Assembly: GCA_965209055.1 (NCBI GenBank)
Contig: OZ242374.1
Span: forward strand, 4,800,001-4,864,000
DNA from: Acidobacteriota bacterium
Lineage (GTDB): Bacteria > Acidobacteriota > UBA6911 > RPQK01 > JAJDTT01
Length of the DNA: 64,000 nucleotides
Direction: 5' to 3'
Shown here: positions 47,603-57,336 of the stretch, one piece after another
Numbering within the stretch: position 1 is the first letter of the stretch
Layout of the letters: each line of letters starts with the position of its first letter
Program-made: the position numbers and the translations under genes
Notes under the pieces: model-generated
What the model was told of the DNA's origin: nothing
The model's input: the letters and a program-made list of their open reading frames with translations, nothing else
Databases searched by the model: none

Positions 47603-48907
47603 GTGCGCATTCCGCGAAGCGGCATAGCTCTCATTTGCACCACTCTTCAAATCTGCTTCGGCACCGTCTATGCGTGGAGCTTCTTTCAGACGATGCTGGT
47701 CCGGCAGGTCGGCTGGAGCCATACTCAAACCGCCTGGGCCTTCAGCATCACCATCTTCTCGCTGGGCGTTTCGGCGGCTTGGGCGGGGAGCATGCTTCCC
47801 TGGCTGGGCCCCCGGCTACTGGCCCTGGCCGGCAGCATCATGTTCTCCGGCGGATACCTGATCGCGGGCGTCGCGCTGCAACTCGATCTGGTTCCTCTTT
47901 TCTATTTGGGATACGGCGTGATCGGCGGCGCCGGGATCGGATTCGGTTACGTGACGCCGGTCGCGACGGTCGCCAAGTGGTTTCCGGACCACAAGGGGCT
48001 CGCCACCGGCATCGTGGTGATGGGCTTCGGAGTCGGCGCGTTCCTCCTGAGCAAGGGACTGGCGCCACTCCTGATCGTCCGGACGGCGGGAACGCTCCCC
48101 ATGGTCTTCTTCTGGCTCGGAATCATCTTCGCCTGCATCCTGATTCCCTGCAGCCTCCTCCTGAGCAATCCCCCCGCTCCTGCCGCTCAGACCCGGGGAA
48201 ACCAAAGCATCCGGCAGGATGCCGCCGCACCGCGATCGGCCCGGACCTATTTGGGCACCACCCAGTTCGTCATCATGTGGATCGTCTTCTTTTTCAATAT
48301 CGCCGCCGGGATTTCCGTGATCAGCTTCCAATCGGAACTTCTTCAGGAGATCTGGGGACTCTCCGATCCGTCCATCGAGCCGACCATGCTGGCCGCATAC
48401 GGCGCGACGCTCATTGCCGTCAGTTCGCTCTGCAACGGTGTGGGACGCCTCTTCTGGGGACTCCTCTCCGACCGTCTGGGCCGGGCCGCGGTCTTCCGCA
48501 TCCTGCTGGCCAGCCAGATGGTGGTCTTCGGGGTCCTCATGACCGAGACCAACCCCTGGATCTTCTCCATCCTGGTCTGCTACGTGCTCCTCTGCTTCGG
48601 CGGCGGGTTCGCCACCATGCCCCCCTTCGTGCTCGACGTCTTCGGCAACAGGAAGATGTCCACCATCTATGGCGTGATTCTCACGGCGTGGGCCGCCGCC
48701 GGCATCTGCGGGCCGCTCTACATGGGATATCTGAAGGACACCTACCCCGACCGGGCCGTCATGTACTGTTTTCTCATCGGCATCCTCATGCTGGGAGCCG
48801 GGTATCTGTTTTCCTACCTGCTCAATGACGGGAGGATACGGCTGGGGCGTCCCACCCTGGAGAGCACGCTGCACCGCTACGGGATTCCGGTTCCGGGCAA
48901 GAGCTGA
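47603..48907 (+). CDS. OFA (oxalate:formate antiporter-like) MFS transporter
   Basis: GTVYAWSFF, GIGFGYVTPVATVAKWFPDHKGLATG, NGVGRLFWGLLSDRLGR, FGGGFATMP, YGVILTAWAAAG. Confidence 0.9.
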   Translation: MRIPRSGIALICTTLQICFGTVYAWSFFQTMLVRQVGWSHTQTAWAFSITIFSLGVSAAWAGSMLPWLGPRLLALAGSIMFSGGYLIAGVALQLDLVPLFYLGYGVIGGAGIGFGYVTPVATVAKWFPDHKGLATGIVVMGFGVGAFLLSKGLAPLLIVRTAGTLPMVFFWLGIIFACILIPCSLLLSNPPAPAAQTRGNQSIRQDAAAPRSARTYLGTTQFVIMWIVFFFNIAAGISVISFQSELLQEIWGLSDPSIEPTMLAAYGATLIAVSSLCNGVGRLFWGLLSDRLGRAAVFRILLASQMVVFGVLMTETNPWIFSILVCYVLLCFGGGFATMPPFVLDVFGNRKMSTIYGVILTAWAAAGICGPLYMGYLKDTYPDRAVMYCFLIGILMLGAGYLFSYLLNDGRIRLGRPTLESTLHRYGIPVPGKS

Positions 48908-49046
48908 AAAAGCCCCGGCGGGTTTGTTGCATCCTGAATCGGAATACATAAAATCGTAGTTTTTTCAGCCCGACTTCCGCCACCGGATTGCGGTATTCTT
49001 GTCCCCGCTTACGGCTCGGACGGACGGCGCCGGCGATCCAGGGATC

Positions 49047-49559
49047 ATGCGAAGACGCGAGTGGTTTCGGAAATTGGTGGGAGGACTCGTTGGAATCGGC
49101 CTGTTGGCCGTCCCATTGGGAGCGGGTCTGGTCTTCCTCCTCAATCCCCTTCGCCGCCGCGCCGGTCAGCACGGCTTCAGCCGAGTGGCGTCCGTTGAAA
49201 GCCTTCCGATGGGCGTCCCCCGGCACTTCATGGTCCGTGGCCAGCGCCGGGACGCCTGGGAAGTGGGCGCCCAGGTCCCGCTGGGGGCCGTTTACCTGGT
49301 ACGTCAGGAGACCGGCATCCGGGCCTTCCAGGTGATCTGTCCCCATGCCGGATGCTTCGTCGGATATGAAACGGACAAGCGGCGGTTCCTTTGCCCCTGT
49401 CACGACAGCTCCTTCGGGCTGGACGGCGCCGTCGCCGATCCCGGCAGCCCCTCTCCCCGGGGTCTGGACGAGCTGGAGGTCAAGATCGAGAAGGGCGAGG
49501 TCCTGGTTCGTTACCAGGAGTTTCGACCCGGTATCGGCGAGAGGATCGCCGTCTCGTGA
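49047..49559 (+). CDS. Rieske 2Fe-2S subunit of a cytochrome bc complex
   Basis: MRRREWF Tat-like N-terminus with TM, CPHAGC, FLCPCHDSSF, SPSPRGLD. Confidence 0.9.
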   Translation: MRRREWFRKLVGGLVGIGLLAVPLGAGLVFLLNPLRRRAGQHGFSRVASVESLPMGVPRHFMVRGQRRDAWEVGAQVPLGAVYLVRQETGIRAFQVICPHAGCFVGYETDKRRFLCPCHDSSFGLDGAVADPGSPSPRGLDELEVKIEKGEVLVRYQEFRPGIGERIAVS

Positions 49560-51373
49560 GCGACTGGCTGGATCGCAGGACGGGCTACCGGCGACTCGTC
49601 TCCTGGCTGCTGTACGAGTCGATCCCGGGCGGCGCCAGATGGCGCTACGTCTGGGGCAGCACGCTGATCTTCACTTTCCTGCTCCAGATCCTGACCGGAT
49701 TCCTCCTATGGACCGCCTACAGTCCCTCGATCCGGTCGGCCTGGGAGAGCGTCTACTTCATCCAGCACCAGATGGAGTTGGGCTGGTTCATCCGGGGACT
49801 TCATCACTACGCCTCCCACGCCATGATCGTGCTGCTGGTCTTCCATCTGGTGCAGGTGGTCATCGCCGGGGCTTACCGTTCTCCGCGCGAGATCAACTGG
49901 TGGTTCGGCATGCTGCTGCTGGGGCTGGTGCTGGGAACGGCCCTCACCGGGTACCTGTTGCCGTGGGACGAACGGGGATACTGGGCCACCCAGGTGACCA
50001 CCAAGATCCTGGGAATCGTGCCCCTGATGGGACCGACCCTGGAACGCCTGCTGCTGGGCGGACCGACTTACGGACATCACACGCTCACACGTTTTTTCGC
50101 TTTGCACGCCGGCATTCTGCCGGCTCTGCTGGTGCTGGCCACGGTCTTGCACGTCGTCCTGTTCCGCCGCCACGGCGTGACCCATCCCGGGAATGCCAAA
50201 GGAGAGGACTATTTCTGGCCCCGGCAGGCGTTGCTTGACGGAATCGCGTGCTTGGCCGTAATGGTCGTGTTGGCAGCGCTGGCCGGTTGGGGCGGATGGG
50301 AGCGGGGCTTCGTATTCGGACCCGAAGGCGGAGCACCCCTGGATGCGCCGGCCGATCCTTCCCGGCCTTCCCCTTCGGCGCGCCCCGAATGGTACCTGCT
50401 CTTTCTGTACCAGTTCCTGAAGTATTTCCCGGGACGGACCGAGGTGATCGGCGCCGTGGTGATTCCCTCGGTTGTGGTTGGGGTCATGTTGTGTTTCCCC
50501 TTTCTGGGCCGCATCCGCCGGGGGCACGCGCTGTGCGTCGGGATCACCGTCGCCACGCTCACCGGCGCGCTGCTGCTGACGGTGACGGCCGTGCGGGAGG
50601 ACCAGACCCGGCCCATGTACCTGGCGGGACTGGCGGAAGCGGAAAAGAAGGCCCGGCGTGTCCTGGAACTGGCCAGTGAAAACGGGATTCCTCCCGGCGG
50701 GGCCCTGGCGATGCTGCACCGGGACCCGCAGACTCAGGGTCCGCCGTTGTTTCGAGACAACTGCTCCGCCTGCCACCGCTGGGACGGCCATGACGGAACC
50801 GGGGCCCAGGTGACGGAGGTCCGGAATGGAGAGTCCGTGGCGGTCGGGGCGAGCGCCAGCGATCTGGCCGGATTCGGCACTCCGCAATGGGTCGCCGAAT
50901 TCCTGAGGGATCCGGCGTCGGAGCGCTTCTTCGGGAAGACCCGCCACCGGGAGGGGACCATGGTCCAGTGGTCCCGGAAGAACATTCCTCTCATGACCGA
51001 GCGAGAGATCGAAGCCGTGTCGGCGTTCGTCATCCACCACGCCGGCGATCCCGAACCAGCGGTGGCGGACCCGGAACTCATGGCGCTCGGAGCGCGCGTT
51101 TTCTCGTCAGGAACTTCGGAAGGGGCCCAAGGCTGCATCCTGTGCCATCAACTCGACCACCCGGAGGTGTCGGGGTCGGGAATGGCTCTGGGACCGGACC
51201 TGACCGGATATGGTTCACCGGAGTGGCTGGGCGGAATCATCAAGGATTCTTCCCAGCCCCGTTTCTACGGCAACCAGAACTCCGGGATGCCCAAGTTCGC
51301 CCATCGGCTCCGCAACCAGGAGCTCCAACTCCTCACCGACTGGATCCTGGCGGAGAACCCAACCGGAAAGTAG
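49556..51373 (+). CDS. Cytochrome b6 / subunit IV / diheme cytochrome c fusion
   Basis: GTG overlaps the Rieske stop. GWFIRGLHHY..VFH, TGYLLPWD, RFFALH..VLH, RPEWY, then CSACH and CILCH, GPDLTGYG, MPKF. Confidence 0.9.
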   Translation: MSDWLDRRTGYRRLVSWLLYESIPGGARWRYVWGSTLIFTFLLQILTGFLLWTAYSPSIRSAWESVYFIQHQMELGWFIRGLHHYASHAMIVLLVFHLVQVVIAGAYRSPREINWWFGMLLLGLVLGTALTGYLLPWDERGYWATQVTTKILGIVPLMGPTLERLLLGGPTYGHHTLTRFFALHAGILPALLVLATVLHVVLFRRHGVTHPGNAKGEDYFWPRQALLDGIACLAVMVVLAALAGWGGWERGFVFGPEGGAPLDAPADPSRPSPSARPEWYLLFLYQFLKYFPGRTEVIGAVVIPSVVVGVMLCFPFLGRIRRGHALCVGITVATLTGALLLTVTAVREDQTRPMYLAGLAEAEKKARRVLELASENGIPPGGALAMLHRDPQTQGPPLFRDNCSACHRWDGHDGTGAQVTEVRNGESVAVGASASDLAGFGTPQWVAEFLRDPASERFFGKTRHREGTMVQWSRKNIPLMTEREIEAVSAFVIHHAGDPEPAVADPELMALGARVFSSGTSEGAQGCILCHQLDHPEVSGSGMALGPDLTGYGSPEWLGGIIKDSSQPRFYGNQNSGMPKFAHRLRNQELQLLTDWILAENPTGK

Positions 51374-51385
51374 GGCACAGCGACC

Positions 51386-53332
51386 ATGAACCCGGAAATC
51401 GTGCCCGATCGGATGCAGCTCTCCGCCGCTTCGACCGGCTGCGGACCCGGCTCCCGAACCCTGTTCTTCATGGTCCTGACCGCCGCCGTTCTCTCCCCGG
51501 GCTGTACTCAGCCGGCTCCGGTCGAAACCGGGGAGGACGGCCGGTTCCCCATCTTCCACCGGACCGGGACTCCCATCTATTTCACCGATCTGAGCCGGGC
51601 ACAACCGGAGTCGGCCCTGACCCGGCGGGAGAAACGCTTCGCGTGGAGGCTCATCGACTACGAGACCGAGGACTTCAAGGGATCGCTGGTCTTTGCGGGG
51701 GAGGAGGCCGAAGCTCCCGACCTGACTCTGGGCTTGGACACGGCTGGCGTCCACGACGTGTACGTCGGCATGTTCAACACCGCCTGGAGGCCCTACCAGA
51801 ATATGCGCGTGCAGGCCAAGCTGAGCGGCGACCCGGCATTTTCGACACTGTTCCTGCCGGCGCCGGAGGGTCTGACCTCGGGTGTGCCCGAGGACGACAC
51901 TGTCCGGGGCCCCCGGATTCAGGAGGTCTATTACAAGACCGCCGACCTGAGCGGACAGGACCTCATCATCCGGCAACCGTGCCAGCGGGTCGTCCCGCCG
52001 GACCAGGAGTACGGCAACTTCTGCGAAAAGGTGTGGGTCGCCTACGTGAAGCTGGTGCCGCTGAATCCGGAAGAGGTGGAAGTCCTGAAGCAGGATCGGG
52101 CGCGATCCGACACCCGCCGGCTCTTCGGCTACAACGACTCGTGGGCCGTGGCCTGGGGACGTGCGGAACCGCCCTCGGCGGAATTCGTCCGGTCTCACCT
52201 GGAGCCCTACCGCAACACCGACTTCCGCCGGATCTACTGGGACGGGATCAGTGGGGAAGTCTGCAACTACTTCACCCGGATCGGAAAGATGTGGACCCGG
52301 GAACACTACCCGCTGGAGGATTTCGTCAGGAAGGGCGACCGGCTCCTGATCCAGTCCTGGACCGAGTACGTGGAGAAAGGGATCGATCCCCTCCGGGTGG
52401 CAGCCGACGCCGCCCACGAGATGGGTCTCGAGTTCCACGTCAACTACCGGCTGGGCTGGGGCCCCTTCTACTGGCCGCCGCCCTGGGAAGCCTTCAACCG
52501 GGGAGGTTTCGCGGACCGGCATCCCGAGTGGCGAACCGTGCGCCGGGACGGGACGCCCGGCACCGCCATGTCCTTTGCCTTTCCCGGAGTTCGAGACTAC
52601 ATGCTGAGTTTCGTGAAGGAGATGGCCGCCTATCCCGTCGACGGCATCGCCATCCTCTACAATCGCCAACCCCCGTACGTCGGGTACGAAGCGCCGCTGG
52701 TGGAGGGTTTCCAAGCCGAGTCCGGCAAGGACCCCAGGGAGCTGGACGAGCAGGACCCGGAGTGGCGGGAATGGTTGGCCTACCGGAGCCGGGCCACCAC
52801 CCGGTTCATGAGGGACCTTCGCGAGACACTGGAAGAATCGGCCCGGGAGCAGGGCCGGGACGAGCCCTTCGAGATCACGGCCTGGGTCTTCGGCAGCCTG
52901 CAGGAAAACCTGGAATTCGGATTGGATCCCGAACTCTGGGTGCGGGAGCGGCTGGTGGACACCCTGATCCCCTACTCGTCGGCCAAGCACCTCTTCAGTT
53001 GGCAGCCGTCGTGGGAAGACCCTCGGAACGTGGCCGCGTGGGTGTCGCTGACCCGGGGGACGGGAACCAAGCTCGCCCTGAACGTCATGCCCCGCAACCT
53101 GCCGGTGGCCGAATACAGGCGCAAGGCAAATGCCCTCTATGGCGCCGGCGTGGAGTATCTGGCCTTCTGGGACACGGTCATCCAAGGCAGCGCCTCGTCC
53201 CTGGCGCTGCGCCGCCTGGGACACGCCGAAGAGATCGCCGCCTGGCTGAAGGCGGGACAGCCGGCGGAGGAACTGCCCTTCTCCCGCTTGCGCAAACTGG
53301 GAGACTGGGACCTGAGCTTCTTTCCCGAGTGA
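51386..53332 (+). CDS. Putative lipoprotein glycoside hydrolase-like TIM-barrel protein (GHL10-like)
   Basis: AVLSPGC lipobox-like; YNDSW, GIDPLRVAADAAHEMGLEFHVNYR, HPEW, SFAFPGVRDY, YPVDGI, LAFWD. Confidence 0.6.
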   Translation: MNPEIVPDRMQLSAASTGCGPGSRTLFFMVLTAAVLSPGCTQPAPVETGEDGRFPIFHRTGTPIYFTDLSRAQPESALTRREKRFAWRLIDYETEDFKGSLVFAGEEAEAPDLTLGLDTAGVHDVYVGMFNTAWRPYQNMRVQAKLSGDPAFSTLFLPAPEGLTSGVPEDDTVRGPRIQEVYYKTADLSGQDLIIRQPCQRVVPPDQEYGNFCEKVWVAYVKLVPLNPEEVEVLKQDRARSDTRRLFGYNDSWAVAWGRAEPPSAEFVRSHLEPYRNTDFRRIYWDGISGEVCNYFTRIGKMWTREHYPLEDFVRKGDRLLIQSWTEYVEKGIDPLRVAADAAHEMGLEFHVNYRLGWGPFYWPPPWEAFNRGGFADRHPEWRTVRRDGTPGTAMSFAFPGVRDYMLSFVKEMAAYPVDGIAILYNRQPPYVGYEAPLVEGFQAESGKDPRELDEQDPEWREWLAYRSRATTRFMRDLRETLEESAREQGRDEPFEITAWVFGSLQENLEFGLDPELWVRERLVDTLIPYSSAKHLFSWQPSWEDPRNVAAWVSLTRGTGTKLALNVMPRNLPVAEYRRKANALYGAGVEYLAFWDTVIQGSASSLALRRLGHAEEIAAWLKAGQPAEELPFSRLRKLGDWDLSFFPE

Positions 53333-53368
53333 ACCCGCACCGCAGAGTCAAGCTGGGGGACTGATCCC

Positions 53369-54139
53369 GTGAAGAATCGAATCGCCCTTGTGACCGGCGC
53401 CGGCCGCGGCATCGGACGCGCCATCGCCACCGGGCTCGCCGCCGAAGGCGCGCCTGTCGCCGTCACCGCACGCAGCGTGGACGAACTGGAGAACCTGGCC
53501 CGTGAGGTGAGAGCCGGAGGTGGAGAGGCGCTGGTGGTCCCGGACGACCTGTCGGACCGGTCGGCTCCGCACCGCATCGTGCGGACCGTTGCCGACACCT
53601 GGGGTCCCATTGAGATCCTGGTCAACAACGCCGGTGTCGGAAGCAGTCAGAACCCCAAGCCTCTGGTGGAATTCGACGACGGCTTCTGGGACCTGACGCT
53701 CATGGTCAACCTGACCGCGCCCTACCTCCTCACCAAGCTGGTTCTCCCTTCCATGATGGAACGGGGATGGGGACGGATCATCAACATCTCCTCCATCGCC
53801 GGGAGAATCGGGGGTGAGCACGGCGCTGCATACGGCGTGAGCAAGCACGGTCTGTTGGGGCTGACCCGCAGCACGGCTGTCGAGGCAGCCGCTCACGGCA
53901 TCACCGCCAACGCCGTGTGCCCCGGCGTGACCCGCTCCCGCCTCAACGACCGGCGGCTGGAGTACGACTCCCGGAGGCTGGGGGTCAGCTTCGAACAACT
54001 GGAGAGGGAATCCACTCCGCTGGGACGCCGCCTGGAACCGGAAGAGGTGTCGGTCCTGGCCGTGCAACTGGCTCGGGACGAAGCGCGGGGCATCAACGGC
54101 CAGTGCATCAACGTCTGCGGCGGGCGGGTGTTCAGTTAG
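53369..54139 (+). CDS. Short-chain dehydrogenase/reductase
   Basis: TGAGRGIG, NNAG, ISS, YGVSK, NAVCPG. Confidence 0.93.
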   Translation: MKNRIALVTGAGRGIGRAIATGLAAEGAPVAVTARSVDELENLAREVRAGGGEALVVPDDLSDRSAPHRIVRTVADTWGPIEILVNNAGVGSSQNPKPLVEFDDGFWDLTLMVNLTAPYLLTKLVLPSMMERGWGRIINISSIAGRIGGEHGAAYGVSKHGLLGLTRSTAVEAAAHGITANAVCPGVTRSRLNDRRLEYDSRRLGVSFEQLERESTPLGRRLEPEEVSVLAVQLARDEARGINGQCINVCGGRVFS

Positions 54140-54149
54140 GTTGCCGCGT

Positions 54150-54266
54150 GGAAGGGCGACTTTCTTGTCGCCCATTCTTCGGTTCGCCCAATTGGAAGAC
54201 GCTACGCGGAGTGGGGACTCCGTCCCCCCTGCCCCCCTGAATCGGGGACAGGAATGTCCCCGCTCC
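54150..54266. repeat. REPIN-like cluster: two minus-orientation REPs and one plus-orientation REP
   Basis: GGAAGGGCGACTTTCTTGTCGCCC (54150-54173), GGAGTGGGGACTCCGTCCCCCC (54208-54229), GGGGACAGGAATGTCCCCGCTCC (54244-54266). Confidence 0.72.
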
Positions 54267-54311
54267 CATTCCTTCCCTTTTGTCGGCGCCCGGGACTATA
54301 GTGGCCGGGTT

Positions 54312-55580
54312 ATGGCAACCAACAAATCAGAGCTCGATCGACGAGGATTTTTCCGGAGAAGCGGGTTGGCCGCCGCCGCTCTCTCGGCGCGAAGCTACGG
54401 GCGGGTCCGGGGGGCCAATCACCGGCTTCGCATCGGCATCATCGGTTGCGGAAAGATCGCCGGGAGCCACCACCTGCCCAAGCTCCTGAAGATGTCCGAG
54501 AGCGCCAACGTCGAGGTCGTGGCCGTGTCGGACGTTTACCGGTCGCGGGCCAAAAAATTTCAGGATCGGATTTCGAAGGCGGGTGGGAGGGCCATCGAGA
54601 AGCTCTTCCATCAGGACCTGCTGGAGATGAAGGACGTGGACTACGTCGTCATCGCCACCCCGGAACACTGGCACCACCGGCAGACTCTCGACGCGCTGGA
54701 TGCGGGCAAGCACGTCTACTGCGAAAAGCCCATGACCCACACCATCCCCGAAGCCCAGGAGGTGGTTCGGAAGGTCCGGGAGACGGGGCTCAAGCTGCAG
54801 GTCGGCGTTCAGGGGATGAGCGACGACAGCTACTCCAGCGCCAATCGGGCCATCCGGGCCGGCAAGCTGGGTACGGTGGTGGAAGCCCAGATGGAATATG
54901 TCCGCAATCACCCCCTCCACAAGGGCCCCTGGCGCAGGGGCATCCGGTCCGATGCGCCCAAGCCTCGCGATCTGGACTGGGACCGCTGGTTGGGGCCGGC
55001 GCCCAGGCGTCCCTGGTCTCCCCACCGTTTCTTCGAGTGGCGCAACTACAGGGACTATTCGGGAGGGATCTCCACGGACCTGTTCATTCACCGCCTCACC
55101 CGCGTGCTGAAAGCCTGCGAACTGACCTACCCGAATTCGGTTGCCGGGTTGGGGGGAATCTACATCTGGGACGACGGCCGCGACGTGCCCGACAACCTGG
55201 AGATGATCGCCGAATACCCCGCTGTCGAGGGAATCACCAATGGGATGACTCTGCACATGCTGGGCACCATGGCGAACAAGCATGGTGTCGAGCACTGTAT
55301 CCGGGGACACAGGGCCACGCTGGTCTTCACCAGGCGAGGCTGGAAGATCCTGGATCAGAGATCCGGCAAGGTCGTGGAAACCCACAGGAAGACGGGCGCC
55401 GAGGACATGGCGCTCCACCATCGCAACCTGCAGGCGGCTATTCGGGACGGCAAGGCTCTGGCGTGTCCGGCCGAGTTGGGACTGCGCGGAGTCGTCGCCG
55501 TGGTCATGTGCAACGAGTCCTGGGCTCGAAGGAAGCTCATGGCCTGGGATTACAGGAAACAGGAGATGGTCGAAGCGTAA
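54312..55580 (+). CDS. Tat-exported Gfo/Idh/MocA oxidoreductase
   Basis: DRRGFF, IGIIGCG, IATPEHWH, GKHVYCEKP, WLGPAP, WRNYRDYSGG. Confidence 0.92.
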   Translation: MATNKSELDRRGFFRRSGLAAAALSARSYGRVRGANHRLRIGIIGCGKIAGSHHLPKLLKMSESANVEVVAVSDVYRSRAKKFQDRISKAGGRAIEKLFHQDLLEMKDVDYVVIATPEHWHHRQTLDALDAGKHVYCEKPMTHTIPEAQEVVRKVRETGLKLQVGVQGMSDDSYSSANRAIRAGKLGTVVEAQMEYVRNHPLHKGPWRRGIRSDAPKPRDLDWDRWLGPAPRRPWSPHRFFEWRNYRDYSGGISTDLFIHRLTRVLKACELTYPNSVAGLGGIYIWDDGRDVPDNLEMIAEYPAVEGITNGMTLHMLGTMANKHGVEHCIRGHRATLVFTRRGWKILDQRSGKVVETHRKTGAEDMALHHRNLQAAIRDGKALACPAELGLRGVVAVVMCNESWARRKLMAWDYRKQEMVEA

Positions 55581-55598
55581 GGTGACGTTGCGGCGTAC

Positions 55599-56699
55599 TT
55601 ACAGCAGCCCGTAGAACAATTCTTCGTACTGTTCCGTGATTCGTTCCCAGTCGAAACGGCGGCGAACCCGATCCTGAGCCGCCTTCCCCAGTCCCCGGTA
55701 ATCCTCGGGGCTCTCGCAGACTCTGGCCATGAGACGGGCGAGCCGCGCCTCCTGGTTGAAGGGATAGAAGAGTCCGGCGTCGGCCACGGCTTCCCGATTT
55801 TCCGGGATATCGTTGACCAGCACCAGGCAGCCGGCTCCCATGGCTTCCAGCAAGCCGGGATGGATCCCGCCGATCTCCCCCCCGTAGACATAGCAGCGGC
55901 TGTGGGAGAGCAGCTCCCGGTACCCCTGCCCGTAGATGGCTCCGGGCAACAGCACGTTGATCCCGCGGGCCATTTGCCGCAGATGGTCGATGTACGGACG
56001 GTTGTAGGGAGCGTCGCCCACCACCACCAGGGGGAGATCCACACCCGACTGCCGGTAGGCGCGGATCACCCGATGGGCGTTGTTCTCCGGCTCCAGCCGG
56101 CTCACGAACAGCAGATACCGATTCGCCTCCAGACCCAGCTTCCGCAAGACCTCCCGGCTCTCCAGCCGCCCCACCGGCGCTCCATAGGGAATGAACGGAG
56201 ACTTCCTCCGGTAACGGCTGAGATAGTAGTTCTGAGTGGTCCGGGCGTCGGTCACGAAGCAATCGGGAAAGCGGACAGCCAGAGACTCTCCCATTCGATG
56301 GAATGACCGGCCCAACCAGTTCCACTTTTTCCTCTTCCGTTCGATGCCGTCCACGTTGAGGACCACCCTCTGGCCCGCCAGCCGCGGGAGCCAGCAAAGA
56401 AAGGCGTTGGCCGCGTTGCACACCAGGCAGACGTCGTAGCCCCGGAAACAGCCGGCCAGTACGGACAGGACGGTGTGGGATACCGTTTCCAGGTACTTGT
56501 GCCGGATCGAGGGCAGGACCCGAATGCGCACTCCTCTGTAGACGGAGAGCTTCGGATCTACGAAGTGGCTCCGTCCGTAAACCGTGACCCGGTGTCCCCG
56601 GCGGACCAGACGGACGGCCAGTTCCTCGGCAAAGGTCTCGAACCCGCCGTAGTTGGCGGGAATCCCGCGAGTGCCCAGGATGCCGACTTTCATCCCCAT
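55599..56699 (-). CDS. GT4 glycosyltransferase (DUF1972 N-terminus)
   Basis: ILGTRGIPANYGGFETFAEEL, NVDGIE, SRLEPEN, GGIHPGLLEAM. Confidence 0.9.
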   Translation of the reverse strand: MGMKVGILGTRGIPANYGGFETFAEELAVRLVRRGHRVTVYGRSHFVDPKLSVYRGVRIRVLPSIRHKYLETVSHTVLSVLAGCFRGYDVCLVCNAANAFLCWLPRLAGQRVVLNVDGIERKRKKWNWLGRSFHRMGESLAVRFPDCFVTDARTTQNYYLSRYRRKSPFIPYGAPVGRLESREVLRKLGLEANRYLLFVSRLEPENNAHRVIRAYRQSGVDLPLVVVGDAPYNRPYIDHLRQMARGINVLLPGAIYGQGYRELLSHSRCYVYGGEIGGIHPGLLEAMGAGCLVLVNDIPENREAVADAGLFYPFNQEARLARLMARVCESPEDYRGLGKAAQDRVRRRFDWERITEQYEELFYGLL

Positions 56700-56883
56700 A
56701 GGCCAGTTCCCCTTCCGGGCCAGAGACTATCACCACTATCGCATCGAACCAGAGTGATCCGGTTGCCTCCCGACCCGGCGATATCCCTCCCGGAGCTCCC
56801 GAACTCCCGCTCTGGTTCCTTCGATTCGGCTTCCGCTCCCCCGGAACTCCGATTGCTACAATGGCGTTCGCAGGGAGCGACCG

Positions 56884-57309
56884 ATGGTGCACATCCGGGA
56901 CGGCGTCGACATCAAGGAGAACGAGTTCCGCTTCGTCTTCTCCCGCAGCGGCGGGCCGGGCGGGCAGAACGTCAACAAGGTGGACACCCGGGTCACCCTC
57001 GTCTTCGACCTGACGAGTTCCGGCAGCCTGACCCCCAGGCAGAAGGCCGAACTGCGACGGCGACTCGCCGGGCACCTCAACCGCCGAGGCGAACTGCGGG
57101 TGGTTTCTCAACGGCACCGGAGTCAATGGAGGAACCGGCAGGAGACTCTGGAGCGCTTCCGCCACCTGTTGGCGTCGGCCCTGGAGAAGCGGAAGCGGCG
57201 CTACGAAACCCGTATTCCGGCCCGCTCCAAAGTGCGGCGTCTGGAAAACAAGGCACGTCGCAGCCGGACCAAGCAAATGCGGCGTAAACCGGCGGCCTCC
57301 GAGTATTGA
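56884..57309 (+). CDS. arfB: Alternative ribosome rescue peptidyl-tRNA hydrolase
   Basis: SRSGGPGGQNVNKVDT, RSQWRN, basic C-terminal tail; extended -10 TGCTACAAT and SD GGGAG upstream. Confidence 0.95.
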   Translation: MVHIRDGVDIKENEFRFVFSRSGGPGGQNVNKVDTRVTLVFDLTSSGSLTPRQKAELRRRLAGHLNRRGELRVVSQRHRSQWRNRQETLERFRHLLASALEKRKRRYETRIPARSKVRRLENKARRSRTKQMRRKPAASEY

Positions 57310-57310
57310 A

Positions 57311-57329
57311 ACAGGAGTGTCCCCCCTCC
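57311..57329 (+). repeat. Partial REP copy
   Basis: ACAGGAGTGTCCCCCCTCC, lacking the left GGGGG arm. Confidence 0.55.
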
Positions 57330-57336
57330 AAAGGGT

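Noticed and set aside
48903-48969. GCTGAAAA...TTTTCAGC inverted repeat after the MFS gene as a MITE remnant
   Set aside because: Only 8 bp and no target duplication; could be chance or a terminator remnant.
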